Source: Gemmatimonadota bacterium (GTDB lineage Bacteria > Gemmatimonadota > Gemmatimonadetes > Gemmatimonadales > GWC2-71-9). Taken from it: 42,394 nt of DNA. The notes under the pieces are model-generated. The model was not told the origin of the DNA. It searched no databases and was given only the letters and a program-made list of their open reading frames with translations. This document shows positions 7,635-15,604 of this stretch, piece after piece. The stretch spans positions 1 to 42,394 of the forward strand of contig JANLXK010000283.1 in NCBI GenBank assembly GCA_031365045.1, read 5' to 3'. The first letter of the stretch is position 1. Every line of letters begins with the position of its first letter. A program made the translations under genes and the position numbers.

Positions 7635-8837
7635 ATGGCCCTCGGCGCACTCCGGCACCGCAACTTCCAGCTCTTCGTCGGCGGGCAGTTCGTTTCGCTG
7701 GTGGGCACCTGGATGCAGACGGTGGCGCTCGGGTGGGTGGTGCTGGAGCTCACCAACTCGCCGTTCCAGGTCGGCCTGGTCAGCACGCTCGGCGCCCTCC
7801 CGGTGCTGCTGTTCACGCTGTGGGGCGGTGTCGTGGCCGACCGGCGGAACAAGCACCGGATGGTGCTCTTCCTCCAGACCGGGATGCTGGTCGAGGCGCT
7901 GGTCCTGGCCATCCTGACCAGCACCGGTCACATCACCGTGCACTGGATCCAGGTCCTGGCGCTCATCGCCGGGACTTTCGCCGCGTTCGAGATCCCCGCG
8001 CGCCAGGCCTTCGTAGTGGAGATGGTGGGGAAGGAGGACCTCTTCACCGCCGTCGCCATCAACTCGACGGTATTCAACGGCACCCGCGTGATCGGGCCGG
8101 CGCTGGCAGGACTTCTCCTCGCCGCGGCGGGGGCGGCGGCCTGTTTCTACGTGAATGCGGCGAGCTACCTGGCGGTGATCGTGGGACTCCTGTTGATGCG
8201 GATGCCCGGCGGTCAGCCGATCGCCCGTGCCAGTGGTCAGGGTGACCTGAGCGCCCTCTGGGAAGGGGTGCGTTACCTCTTCTCGCGACCGCTCCAGCGC
8301 ACGCTGGTCCTGGTGACGACCTCGTTCAGCATCTTCGGCTTCGCCTTCATCCCGATGCTCCCGGTCTTCGCCCGCGACGTGCTGCACACCGGATCGGCGG
8401 GGTATGGCGCATTGATGTCGGCGGTGGGGATCGGCGCCGCGTCCGGCGCCATCGGTGCGGCCTTCTGGGGGCACCGCGTCGAACGGGAGCGCCTGGTGCT
8501 TCCCTGCGCCGTCGCGTTCGCGGTGATGCTGGTCGCGGCCGGGCTGGCACCGAACCTCGCCGTGGCCTTCGTCCTGATGGCCGTGGTGGGATTCGCCTGG
8601 GTGCTGATGGCGGTCTTCACGAACACGAGCCTGCAGATGTCCAGCCCCGACGCACTCCGCGGACGGGTGATGGGATTCTATTCCTTCATGGTCGTCGGCC
8701 TCGCCCCCTTCGGTTCGTTCCAGATGGGATGGGTGGCCGAACACTATGGTGTCCGCGCGGCCTATGTGGCCGGCGGTACCGCCTGCGGACTGGTGGCGTT
8801 GTTCGCCCTGGCGCGTGCACCCCGGATGGAGAGGTAA
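7635..8837 (+). CDS. MFS transporter (MFS_3/EntS-like)
   Basis: N-terminus LRHRNFQLFVGGQFVSLVGTWMQTVALGWVVLELTNS and about 12 TM helices. GGVVADRRNK loop motif. Confidence 0.85.
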   Translation: MALGALRHRNFQLFVGGQFVSLVGTWMQTVALGWVVLELTNSPFQVGLVSTLGALPVLLFTLWGGVVADRRNKHRMVLFLQTGMLVEALVLAILTSTGHITVHWIQVLALIAGTFAAFEIPARQAFVVEMVGKEDLFTAVAINSTVFNGTRVIGPALAGLLLAAAGAAACFYVNAASYLAVIVGLLLMRMPGGQPIARASGQGDLSALWEGVRYLFSRPLQRTLVLVTTSFSIFGFAFIPMLPVFARDVLHTGSAGYGALMSAVGIGAASGAIGAAFWGHRVERERLVLPCAVAFAVMLVAAGLAPNLAVAFVLMAVVGFAWVLMAVFTNTSLQMSSPDALRGRVMGFYSFMVVGLAPFGSFQMGWVAEHYGVRAAYVAGGTACGLVALFALARAPRMER

Positions 8838-8839
8838 CG

Positions 8840-9469
8840 ATGCTCATCACCATCAGCCGGCAGTTCGGCGCCGGCGGGAGTTCCGTGGCCCAGCTCGTGG
8901 CCCAGCGCCTCGGATGGACCCTGGTCGACAATGACCTCATCGACCGGGTGGCCGCGCGCGCGGGCCTGACCCCCAAGGAGGTCGCGGCCCAGGAAGAATC
9001 GATCCCGGGCCTGTTCGAACGGATCGTCCGCGTGCTCGCCGCCTCCAGTGGGGAGATCCTCACCCCCGCTTCGGCGGACTCGCTCAAGTCGCTGGAGGAG
9101 CCGCGCCTCGTGCAGATCACCGAGAAAGTGGTCGAAGAGGTGGCGGCCGAAGGTCGGGTCGTGCTGGTGGGACGCGCTGCCACCGCGGTCCTGGCGGGTA
9201 CGCATGAGGCCATCCACGTCCGCCTCGTGGCCCCGAAGGCCCATCGGATCGGCGTCGTCGCCGCGCGGGAAGGGATCGCCGCCGCGGCGGCCGAGTCGGC
9301 CATCGACAAGACCGATGCGAACCGGGCCCGCTATCACCGGGAGTATTACAAGCGGGAGTGGTCAGACCCGGCCCATTATCACATGACCCTGAACACGGGC
9401 GCGCTCTGCTATGAGGGAGCGGCCGACCTTATCGTGGCGCGTGCTCGGCGCCTGGGTTGGGTCGCCTGA
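8840..9469 (+). CDS. cytidylate kinase-like family protein (AAA/P-loop)
   Basis: MLITISRQFGAGGSSVAQLVAQRLGW is the typical Cytidylate_kin2 N-terminus. GGAGAGG lies upstream of ATG 8840, 2 nt after the MFS stop. Confidence 0.75.
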   Translation: MLITISRQFGAGGSSVAQLVAQRLGWTLVDNDLIDRVAARAGLTPKEVAAQEESIPGLFERIVRVLAASSGEILTPASADSLKSLEEPRLVQITEKVVEEVAAEGRVVLVGRAATAVLAGTHEAIHVRLVAPKAHRIGVVAAREGIAAAAAESAIDKTDANRARYHREYYKREWSDPAHYHMTLNTGALCYEGAADLIVARARRLGWVA

Positions 9470-9535
9470 TGGAGGCCTGAGGTCCGGAAATGAACCATAA
9501 AGGGCAATTAATGTGGGCTGGAGTGCGCTAATCCC

Positions 9536-9563
9536 TTGACCTGTAAGGTTATTCCCTTATCTT
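9536..9563 (+). promoter_or_regulatory. sigma-70-like promoter for the small lipoprotein gene
   Basis: TTGACC (9536-9541), 16-nt spacer, TATCTT (9558-9563), in a locally AT-richer stretch about 80 nt upstream of ATG 9645. Confidence 0.4.
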
Positions 9564-9644
9564 GCGGCCTCGTTGCGTCTGGCGACAGTGACTGCGCAAT
9601 CGATCTCGACCCACTGGGCCCCATTTCCATTTAGAGGTATCACC

Positions 9645-9818
9645 ATGAAGAAGGTCTTCGCACTCGCTATCGTGCTCGGGCTCGCCGCCTGCGCCCCGAA
9701 GGAAAAGCCGGTCGTCGCGGACAGCACCGCTGCCACCATGGCCGACACCACCAAGGTGGACAGCACCACCACCACCACGACCATCACGACCACGACCACG
9801 GCGCCGACCAAGCCGTAA
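9645..9818 (+). CDS. small threonine-rich lipoprotein (57 aa)
   Basis: MKKVFALAIVLGLAAC lipobox followed by the run TTTTTTITTTTTAPTKP. It is bracketed by a sigma-70-like promoter and a perfect 12-bp GAAA-loop hairpin. Confidence 0.6.
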   Translation: MKKVFALAIVLGLAACAPKEKPVVADSTAATMADTTKVDSTTTTTTITTTTTAPTKP

Positions 9819-9842
9819 GCAGGCCCAGGGACTGTCGCCCGA

Positions 9843-9870
9843 CGGGCCCCTCGCGAAAGCGAGGGGCCCG
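9843..9870 (+). terminator. intrinsic-terminator-like hairpin after the small lipoprotein gene
   Basis: Perfect 12-bp stem CGGGCCCCTCGC / GCGAGGGGCCCG with a GAAA tetraloop, followed by TTCG. It lies 25 nt after the stop at 9818. Confidence 0.7.
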
Positions 9871-9910
9871 TTCGACATCCTACCTCACCCCTCGACCGCC
9901 CCTCCCCCGA

Positions 9911-9934
9911 CCCCTCCCCCTGTCGGGGGAGGGG
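9911..9934 (-). terminator. hairpin after the epimerase gene
   Basis: 10-bp stem CCCCTCCCCC / GGGGGAGGGG with a 4-nt loop, 4 nt beyond the stop (9939-9941) of the minus-strand gene. Confidence 0.55.
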
Positions 9935-9938
9935 AGCT

Positions 9939-10919
9939 TTAGGTCGAGAGTCGCGCGAGTCGCACTATCTCGGCCGCATGATCGATCCGCGGTGCCCACT
10001 TCAATACGCTCCGCGCCGCCTCCGCGCGATACGGATCGCCGCCGCGCCAATATCCGACCGCGGTCCGGAGCGTCCCCGGGAAGAGGCCATCGGGAAGCAG
10101 GAGCCGCGCCACACCGTCCAGCAGGTCGGCCGCGCCGAGCACCAAGCGCTCGGGGATCTCGGGAGTGCGGATCCTCCGGCCGAGCCCGCGTCCAAGCGCC
10201 GCGACCAGATCGCGCGGGGCGATCGGCGCGTCGCCGGTGATGTTGTACGGGCGTCCCCATCCGTCATTCGAGTCGAGCGCGGCCAGCACGCCCTCCGCCA
10301 CGCTCCGCGCATGCACCAGTGCCATCGGCCGGTCGCCCCGACCGAAGAGGGGGATCACGCCGCGCCGCGCCGCGGCGACCAGCTTCGGGAAGACCAGCCG
10401 GTCGTGCGGTCCGTAGATGACACAGGGCCGGAGAGCGATCGTCTTCAGCCCCTTCTCCGCCTCCCGCCAGACCGCCTGTTCCGACTCACGCTTCGATCTG
10501 CCGTACCACGCCCCGTCACGGATCGGCGTGAAAGGGAAATCCTCTCCGACCGTCCCCGGCGGCTCAGTGGTCGACCCCCCGTACACCGCGACCGAGGAGA
10601 GGTGGACGAGCGGCACCCCCAGCGCTCGTGCGCGCGCCGCTGCGAGCTCGCTCGAACGGATGTTCGCCCCGGCGTACGCTTCCCAGCTCCCGCCCCCGGA
10701 AATGACCGCGGCACAGTGCACGATCGCGCTGACGTCGCGGACCTCTGCCCAGGTTTCCGGCGCGGTGATGGGTCCGGACACCGATCGCGCGCCCAGACTC
10801 GAGAGCCAGGGCGCGCGGGCGGGATCACGGACGAGGGCGAGGATCGGTGTCCCTCGCGCGGCGAGCAGTTCGGCGACCTGTCGCCCCACCAGCCCGGTGG
10901 CGCCGGTCAGGAAGATCAC
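9939..10919 (-). CDS. NAD-dependent epimerase/dehydratase (SDR family)
   Basis: VIFLTGATGLVGRQV Rossmann motif directly after GTG 10919. That GTG overlaps the ygfZ stop as GTGA. The upstream 200 aa of track ORF 9939..11549 are Arg/Gly/Pro junk overlapping ygfZ. Confidence 0.8.
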   Translation of the reverse strand: MIFLTGATGLVGRQVAELLAARGTPILALVRDPARAPWLSSLGARSVSGPITAPETWAEVRDVSAIVHCAAVISGGGSWEAYAGANIRSSELAAARARALGVPLVHLSSVAVYGGSTTEPPGTVGEDFPFTPIRDGAWYGRSKRESEQAVWREAEKGLKTIALRPCVIYGPHDRLVFPKLVAAARRGVIPLFGRGDRPMALVHARSVAEGVLAALDSNDGWGRPYNITGDAPIAPRDLVAALGRGLGRRIRTPEIPERLVLGAADLLDGVARLLLPDGLFPGTLRTAVGYWRGGDPYRAEAARSVLKWAPRIDHAAEIVRLARLST

Positions 10920-11899
10920 GCGACCCTGGGCTCTCCGAACGGGAGCGCGACGACACGGGCCGGACGCCCCCCGGCGACCACGAGATCTCCGGTGGCCACC
11001 TCCCGGCGGATCGGGGCGAGGCCGAGTCGACGGCCACCGACGATCAGGGTGGAGCGCACCGTCCCTGCTTCGCGCCCCATCCCTTCGATGACCCGCCCGT
11101 TGAGGGGGAGGGCGTCCTCCCACTCCAGCCCGCGGAGCTCCCGATTCGGATGCCCGCGGAAATGGATCCGCGCGACGGTCTCCTGGCCGAGGTAGCACCC
11201 TTTGGTGTAGCTCACGCCGCTGAGTTCGTCGAACCGGACCTCCTGCGGAAGGGTCTTGTCGTCGATCTCGGCGCCCAATGCCGGCCACCCCGCCAGGATG
11301 CGCGCGGCCTCCGCGTCCTCGATCCCTCCCATCGCGCCGCCGACCTTGCTGAGCCGCTCGTCGAGCGCGGCGATCACCGCATCGGGGCCGACGACCAGGA
11401 AGTCGAATGGTGCACCGGCCGGGGCGTGGGCGACGAGCGCGCCGTTCTCGCCGACGACCAGGTGCCCCGCGGGCGGCAGCGTGCCGAGCACGCTGGTCTC
11501 GCGGAGCGAGGACTCGGCCGTGGCCCCGATCACGAGGAGCGAGCTCCACGACTCGGTGAGTTCCTCGGTGCGCGCGAGGCGCGGGGGGAGAGAGCGCTTG
11601 AAAGTCGCGAGCGTGCGCGCCATCCCGGCGAGAGGCAGGACCAGGGTAAGATCATCGCCGTGGCGAAGGCACCAGAGGTCGGACTCGATCATCCCCTTGG
11701 GGGTGAGGAGTGCACCCCAGGTGATGGTGTTCGGGCCCGGCTTGACGAGGTCATTTGTCAGGAGCCCTTGCAGGCACTGTAAGGCACCGGGGCCGGTCAC
11801 GCGGAGCAGCGCGTGCTCGACGCTCACCACCACCGCGCCCGACGTGAGCCGCGCGAGCCGCACCGGATCGAGGGCGAGATCGGGGAGGGTCAGTTCCAC
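10916..11899 (-). CDS. ygfZ: YgfZ/GcvT-like folate-binding protein
   Basis: Signature SYTKGCYLGQETVARIHFRG (KGCYxGQE) and N-terminal LLRVTGPGALQCLQGLLTNDL. Confidence 0.8.
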   Translation of the reverse strand: MELTLPDLALDPVRLARLTSGAVVVSVEHALLRVTGPGALQCLQGLLTNDLVKPGPNTITWGALLTPKGMIESDLWCLRHGDDLTLVLPLAGMARTLATFKRSLPPRLARTEELTESWSSLLVIGATAESSLRETSVLGTLPPAGHLVVGENGALVAHAPAGAPFDFLVVGPDAVIAALDERLSKVGGAMGGIEDAEAARILAGWPALGAEIDDKTLPQEVRFDELSGVSYTKGCYLGQETVARIHFRGHPNRELRGLEWEDALPLNGRVIEGMGREAGTVRSTLIVGGRRLGLAPIRREVATGDLVVAGGRPARVVALPFGEPRVA

Positions 11900-12552
11900 G
11901 GGAGCTCCGCGGGGCGGCGTCCGGTAAAGTCGTCCCAGACGAGGTCGGCGTCGGCGAGGAGGGCGGAGACGTGCGTGGTCGTGAGCATCGCGCAGCGGAG
12001 CCCCGCCGCGCGTGCGGCGGCGAGTCCCGGAAGACTGTCTTCGACCACCACGACGTCGACCGGCCGGAGGCCGAGCGATCGCACTCCCTTGCGATACCCT
12101 TCCGGGTCGGGTTTGCAGGTGGCCACGTCCTCGGCCGCGATGATCGGCCCGACGTGGCGCCGCAGGTCGGCCACTTCGAGCACGAGCTCGATCTCGCGCC
12201 GGAGCGCACCGCTCACGATGCCGACGGCGAACCCGTCGGCGGCGGCGGCGCGGACGAAGTCCGAGGCGCCGGGAACGAGGGTGAGGGATGCCCGGATGGC
12301 CTGTTCATACCGCTCCGACTTCTGCTTCACGAGGAGCTTGAGCAGCGTGTCGGTAAGGGTCCGACCGGCGTGACGCCAGGCGTGTACGAAGCACCCCCGG
12401 TCGTCGTAGCCGTGGTAGTCGCGGTAGTAGGTGACTTCGTCGAGGAGCAGGCCGTGGTCGGCCAGGGTCGCGATGAAGGCGGCGCAGTGCTGGGGTTCGT
12501 CGTCAACGAGGACGCCGTTGAAATCGAAGAGGATGCCGCGGGGACCGGTCAT
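11890..12552 (-). CDS. HAD-IA family hydrolase (beta-phosphoglucomutase-like)
   Basis: Motif I region ILFDFNGVLVDDE, with Asn where the second Asp usually sits. Later motifs are IVSGA and VVVEDSLPGLAAARAAG. It overlaps the ygfZ start by 10 nt. Confidence 0.75.
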   Translation of the reverse strand: MTGPRGILFDFNGVLVDDEPQHCAAFIATLADHGLLLDEVTYYRDYHGYDDRGCFVHAWRHAGRTLTDTLLKLLVKQKSERYEQAIRASLTLVPGASDFVRAAAADGFAVGIVSGALRREIELVLEVADLRRHVGPIIAAEDVATCKPDPEGYRKGVRSLGLRPVDVVVVEDSLPGLAAARAAGLRCAMLTTTHVSALLADADLVWDDFTGRRPAELPWN

Positions 12553-12564
12553 GCCGAAATGTAG

Positions 12565-13761
12565 TCAGCCCTCCCCGCGTGGGGCGTCGTCGAGGGTCAG
12601 CACGATCCGGCACCCCGGATCGAATTGGCGCTGCCAGCCGGGTGCCGGGGCGCCACTCTCGCGGTACGCGCCATAGTGCCCGACCTGATCGCGCAGCGGC
12701 CAGGGAGCGCGCTCGAGCGTCATCGGGATCTCGCGCGCCGCCGCGGCCCGGCGGAGCCCCCGGAGCCGCTTCACCTCGGCGCGGCCGCTCCAGCGCACCA
12801 GCCCGTCAGCGAGGCCCACCGACAGGAGCCCCACGTCGAGATGGTCGCCGACGAGGTCGATCGACTCGTCGATCCCGTCGGGCACCGCGCCGAGCCGGAC
12901 GGTGACGGCGCCGCCGAGGGGGGCCCGCGCGGCCATCGTCCAGAAGGAGGGGGCGCCAGCGGCGGGGAGCTCGGTCCAAGCCAGTGCCGCCGACTGCACC
13001 AGGTGCGAGCGCTCGGCGTTGAGGAGTGGGGCCGGGCCGAGGAACCGGGCCGCGAGCACCCAGTCGGGGGCGGTGGCGACGGCGGGGGCGAAGAGCTCGA
13101 GCGCCGCGGGACGGGCGCCTGCGGTGAGGGCGTCGCGCGCGGCCTTGGTGAGGTCGTCGCGCGGACCGCTGGCGGTAAGGGTGATGTCTCCCTCGGGAAG
13201 CGCGCGGATCCGCAGGGTCACCTCGGCGAAGGGGCCGGAGGCTCCGAAGGCGGTGGCGTGGGCGCGGGCGGCGTCGCCGAAGAGTTCGAGGAGGCGTCCG
13301 TCGCCGGTGGCGAGGACGCACCGGTCGAGCGCGGTGGCGGGGACCCCGAAGGCGGCGCGGAGCGGCCCGCTCGTCCCGGTGGCGAGCACAGAGCCGACCG
13401 AGCGGTCAGTGCGACCGGGAGGATCCCACGGGAGCCAGAACCCCCGCGCGGCGAGGCGCCGAGCGAGGGTCTCGAGGGAGATGCCGGCCGCGACGGTGAC
13501 CGTCGGGGCCGCGACGTCGATGCCGAGGAGCTCGTCCAGCGCCCTGGTCGAGATCGCCAGGTCGGCGGGTGCGTCGGCGGCGAGCCAGGAGCCGCGCCCC
13601 TCGAGCCGCGCCCGCCACCCCTCACGCTCCACCAGCGTCAATACCTCGGCCAGCGCCTCCGCCGTATCGGGGAAGGCGCGCGGCGTCCCGCCGGGGTCGC
13701 GGCCGACCCCCTCGGGACCGAGGAGACGTTCGAGGTGGGAGCGGGGATCGCCCATGGCCAT
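12565..13761 (-). CDS. FAD-binding (PCMH-type) oxidoreductase, GlcE-like
   Basis: Resembles an FAD_binding_4 domain (VTVAAGISLETLARRLAARGFWLPWDPPG...SVGSVLATGTSGP). The sequence is divergent and no partner subunits are nearby. Confidence 0.45.
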   Translation of the reverse strand: MAMGDPRSHLERLLGPEGVGRDPGGTPRAFPDTAEALAEVLTLVEREGWRARLEGRGSWLAADAPADLAISTRALDELLGIDVAAPTVTVAAGISLETLARRLAARGFWLPWDPPGRTDRSVGSVLATGTSGPLRAAFGVPATALDRCVLATGDGRLLELFGDAARAHATAFGASGPFAEVTLRIRALPEGDITLTASGPRDDLTKAARDALTAGARPAALELFAPAVATAPDWVLAARFLGPAPLLNAERSHLVQSAALAWTELPAAGAPSFWTMAARAPLGGAVTVRLGAVPDGIDESIDLVGDHLDVGLLSVGLADGLVRWSGRAEVKRLRGLRRAAAAREIPMTLERAPWPLRDQVGHYGAYRESGAPAPGWQRQFDPGCRIVLTLDDAPRGEG

Positions 13762-13778
13762 GATGAATCTTGAACGGA

Positions 13779-13802
13779 AGAGCCCTCCGGCGGGAGGGCT
13801 CT
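13779..13802 (-). terminator. hairpin after the sigma-factor gene
   Basis: 10-bp stem AAGAGCCCTCC-type / GGAGGGCTCTT-type with a 4-nt loop, 19 nt beyond the stop at 13822-13824. No clear U-tract. Confidence 0.5.
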
Positions 13803-13821
13803 GGTCAGGATGAGGGAGCGT

Positions 13822-14721
13822 TCAGGCCGCGACGATCTTCTCGCGGTCCTTGAGACCCAGGACATCGGGGGACTGCCGGAGCTTCTCGAAGGCGCGCTCC
13901 CGGATCTGCCGGATCCGTTCGCGGGTGACGCCGAGGAGGGCGCCGATCTTCTCGAGGGTCAGCGCCTCGGCGCCTTCTTCCAGGCCGTAGTAGAGGGCCA
14001 GGATCTTCCGTTCGCGCGGGGTGAGGTAGCGCTCGAAGAGCTTGTCGATGAACTCGCGCCGGAGCACCGCGTCGGTGCGGTCCTCGATCTCGTTCCCCTC
14101 GGTCCCGGCGAAGCGCTCACCCAGGGTCGAGGCTCCCTTGTCGCTCCGGTCCACCGGCATGTCGAGCGAGAGCTCGGCGGCGGTCATCCGGCGGGAGGCG
14201 CGGATGTTCTCGATGCTGTCGCCCAGGGCCGTTGCGATCTCGCCGTCGGTGGGCTCGCGGCCGAGCTCCTGGGTCAGGAACCCTTCGGCCTTGGACATCT
14301 TGATGAGATGGGAGTTCTGGTTGAGCGGGATCCGCACCGAGCGGGTCTGTTCGGCCAGGGCCTTGAGGACCGCTTGGCGGACCCACCACACCGCGTAGGA
14401 GATGAACTTCACGCCGTGATCGGGGTCGAACTTCCTGACCGCCTTCAGCAGTCCTTCGTTGCCGATGGCCACCAGCTCCGAGAGGTCGAGTCCGTGCCCC
14501 TGGTACTTCTTCACGTAGCTGATGACGAACCGGAGATTGGCCGTGACGAGCCGTTCCGCCGCTTTCTCGTCCCCCTTCAGCGCCAGCCGCGCCAGACGAC
14601 GCTCTTCTTGAACGTCGGTGATCATCGGGAGCTTCTGGATGTCGAGGAGATACTGGTCGAAGGCACCACTCGCAGCGGGACGGGCGAGGGGACGGGGCTT
14701 GATGACGCGGACTCGGGCCAT
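13822..14721 (-). CDS. RNA polymerase sigma factor, RpoD/SigA family (short form without region 1.1)
   Basis: Regions 2-4 are intact: ANLRFVISYVKKY, GLLKAVRKFD, FISYAVWWVRQAV, IRIPLNQ, TLEKIGALLGVTRERIRQI. Start is ATG 14721 or 14736. Confidence 0.9.
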   Translation of the reverse strand: MARVRVIKPRPLARPAASGAFDQYLLDIQKLPMITDVQEERRLARLALKGDEKAAERLVTANLRFVISYVKKYQGHGLDLSELVAIGNEGLLKAVRKFDPDHGVKFISYAVWWVRQAVLKALAEQTRSVRIPLNQNSHLIKMSKAEGFLTQELGREPTDGEIATALGDSIENIRASRRMTAAELSLDMPVDRSDKGASTLGERFAGTEGNEIEDRTDAVLRREFIDKLFERYLTPRERKILALYYGLEEGAEALTLEKIGALLGVTRERIRQIRERAFEKLRQSPDVLGLKDREKIVAA

Positions 14722-14903
14722 GACGGCAACCCCCACGGCGGTGAGTTAGTGCGTGCTGTCGCTTGGAGCGTGACGGCTGGGACCGCAAGGTCCCGTGTTC
14801 AAGGGAGGATGGCCAAGATTGGAAATACCGAGGGTGCTGTCAAGCGCGAGAAATAATCCACATCACAAAGCGTGTAGTGGGAATGAGTTGTGGGGTTTGT
14901 CCA

Positions 14904-14935
14904 CGGTCGGGCGGTCGGGCGGCCGGGCGGTCGGC
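14904..14935. repeat. single-arm tandem octamer repeat E: CGGTCGGG-type x4
   Basis: cggtcggg cggtcggg cggccggg cggtcggc. It sits in the long region upstream of the sigma-factor gene. No complementary arm was found. Confidence 0.8.
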
Positions 14936-14940
14936 CAATG

Positions 14941-14985
14941 CCCATATTGTAAGTTGTTCATTCACAATAACTTACATCTGTGGTG
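14941..14985 (-). promoter_or_regulatory. AT-rich island with inverted repeat; candidate promoter/operator of the sigma-factor gene
   Basis: By eye, one of the most AT-rich stretches in the window. Inverted repeat TGTAAGTT-N13-AACTTACA (14948-14976). The minus strand reads ...TACAAT..., a near-consensus -10, but no good -35 is present. Confidence 0.35.
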
Positions 14986-15030
14986 GAGATGTGGGGTCGG
15001 CGGCAGGATGTGGAGGGAAATGTGGAAGCT

Positions 15031-15534
15031 CTAGAACGCGTACCCGATGTTCACCAGGCGCACGGTCGGGATGATCCGCAGCCCGTCGCCGTCTCCCAAC
15101 AGGCGCTTCAGCCCGAAGCCGAGGCCGACGTAGAAGTTCTCGTTCTTGCCCAGGAGCCAACTGTGGTCGACGTCGAATCCGGCCCCGATGTAGGTCTTGG
15201 CATTCAGGTTGGTCACACCGGCCTTGAGTCCGAAGGACCATCCCCGGAACGGGCCGCCCGTTTCCTCCGGATAGAATCGCCAGAAGGCATCCAGATTGCG
15301 ATAGGTGTCGTTGTCCGACGTGAAGATCGATCCACCCACGCCGACGGTGAACGATTCTCCCGCCGTGTGCTCGTATTCGGCATTGAAGAACTCCAGCATG
15401 ATGCCGAATGGATTGGCGGAGACCACCTGGGTCGGCAAGCTGTTGAAGTTCTGGGCCGCGACACCCGAGGCGGCACCGGCCGAGAGTGCTGCCGCGAGCG
15501 CCCAGGCGGTAGAACAGCGAACGAATAGCTTCAT
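15031..15534 (-). CDS. small outer-membrane beta-barrel protein
   Basis: ATG 15534 gives MKLFVRCSTAWALAAALSAGAASGVAAQ (signal peptide). Alternating beta-strand pattern and C-terminal ...VNIGYAF (terminal Phe). Confidence 0.7.
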   Translation of the reverse strand: MKLFVRCSTAWALAAALSAGAASGVAAQNFNSLPTQVVSANPFGIMLEFFNAEYEHTAGESFTVGVGGSIFTSDNDTYRNLDAFWRFYPEETGGPFRGWSFGLKAGVTNLNAKTYIGAGFDVDHSWLLGKNENFYVGLGFGLKRLLGDGDGLRIIPTVRLVNIGYAF

Positions 15535-15604
15535 CGTCGGGAGTCTCGGGAATGGGGTGGGGTCCTGCCGAGGCGACTGATCCACCAAGGTACCCTCACT
15601 TCGA

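Noticed and set aside
6034-7650. 538-aa minus-strand ORF antisense to the M48 protease gene
   Set aside because: Its composition is Arg/Gly/Pro/Glu/Asp-rich with no motifs. It fully overlaps a gene with clear catalytic motifs and is a typical shadow ORF in high-GC DNA.
9939-11549. Single 536-aa ORF spanning the epimerase and the ygfZ region
   Set aside because: Only the C-terminal 326 aa look like an SDR epimerase, with the GATGLVG motif right after GTG 10919. The N-terminal part is Arg/Gly-rich and overlaps ygfZ in another frame.
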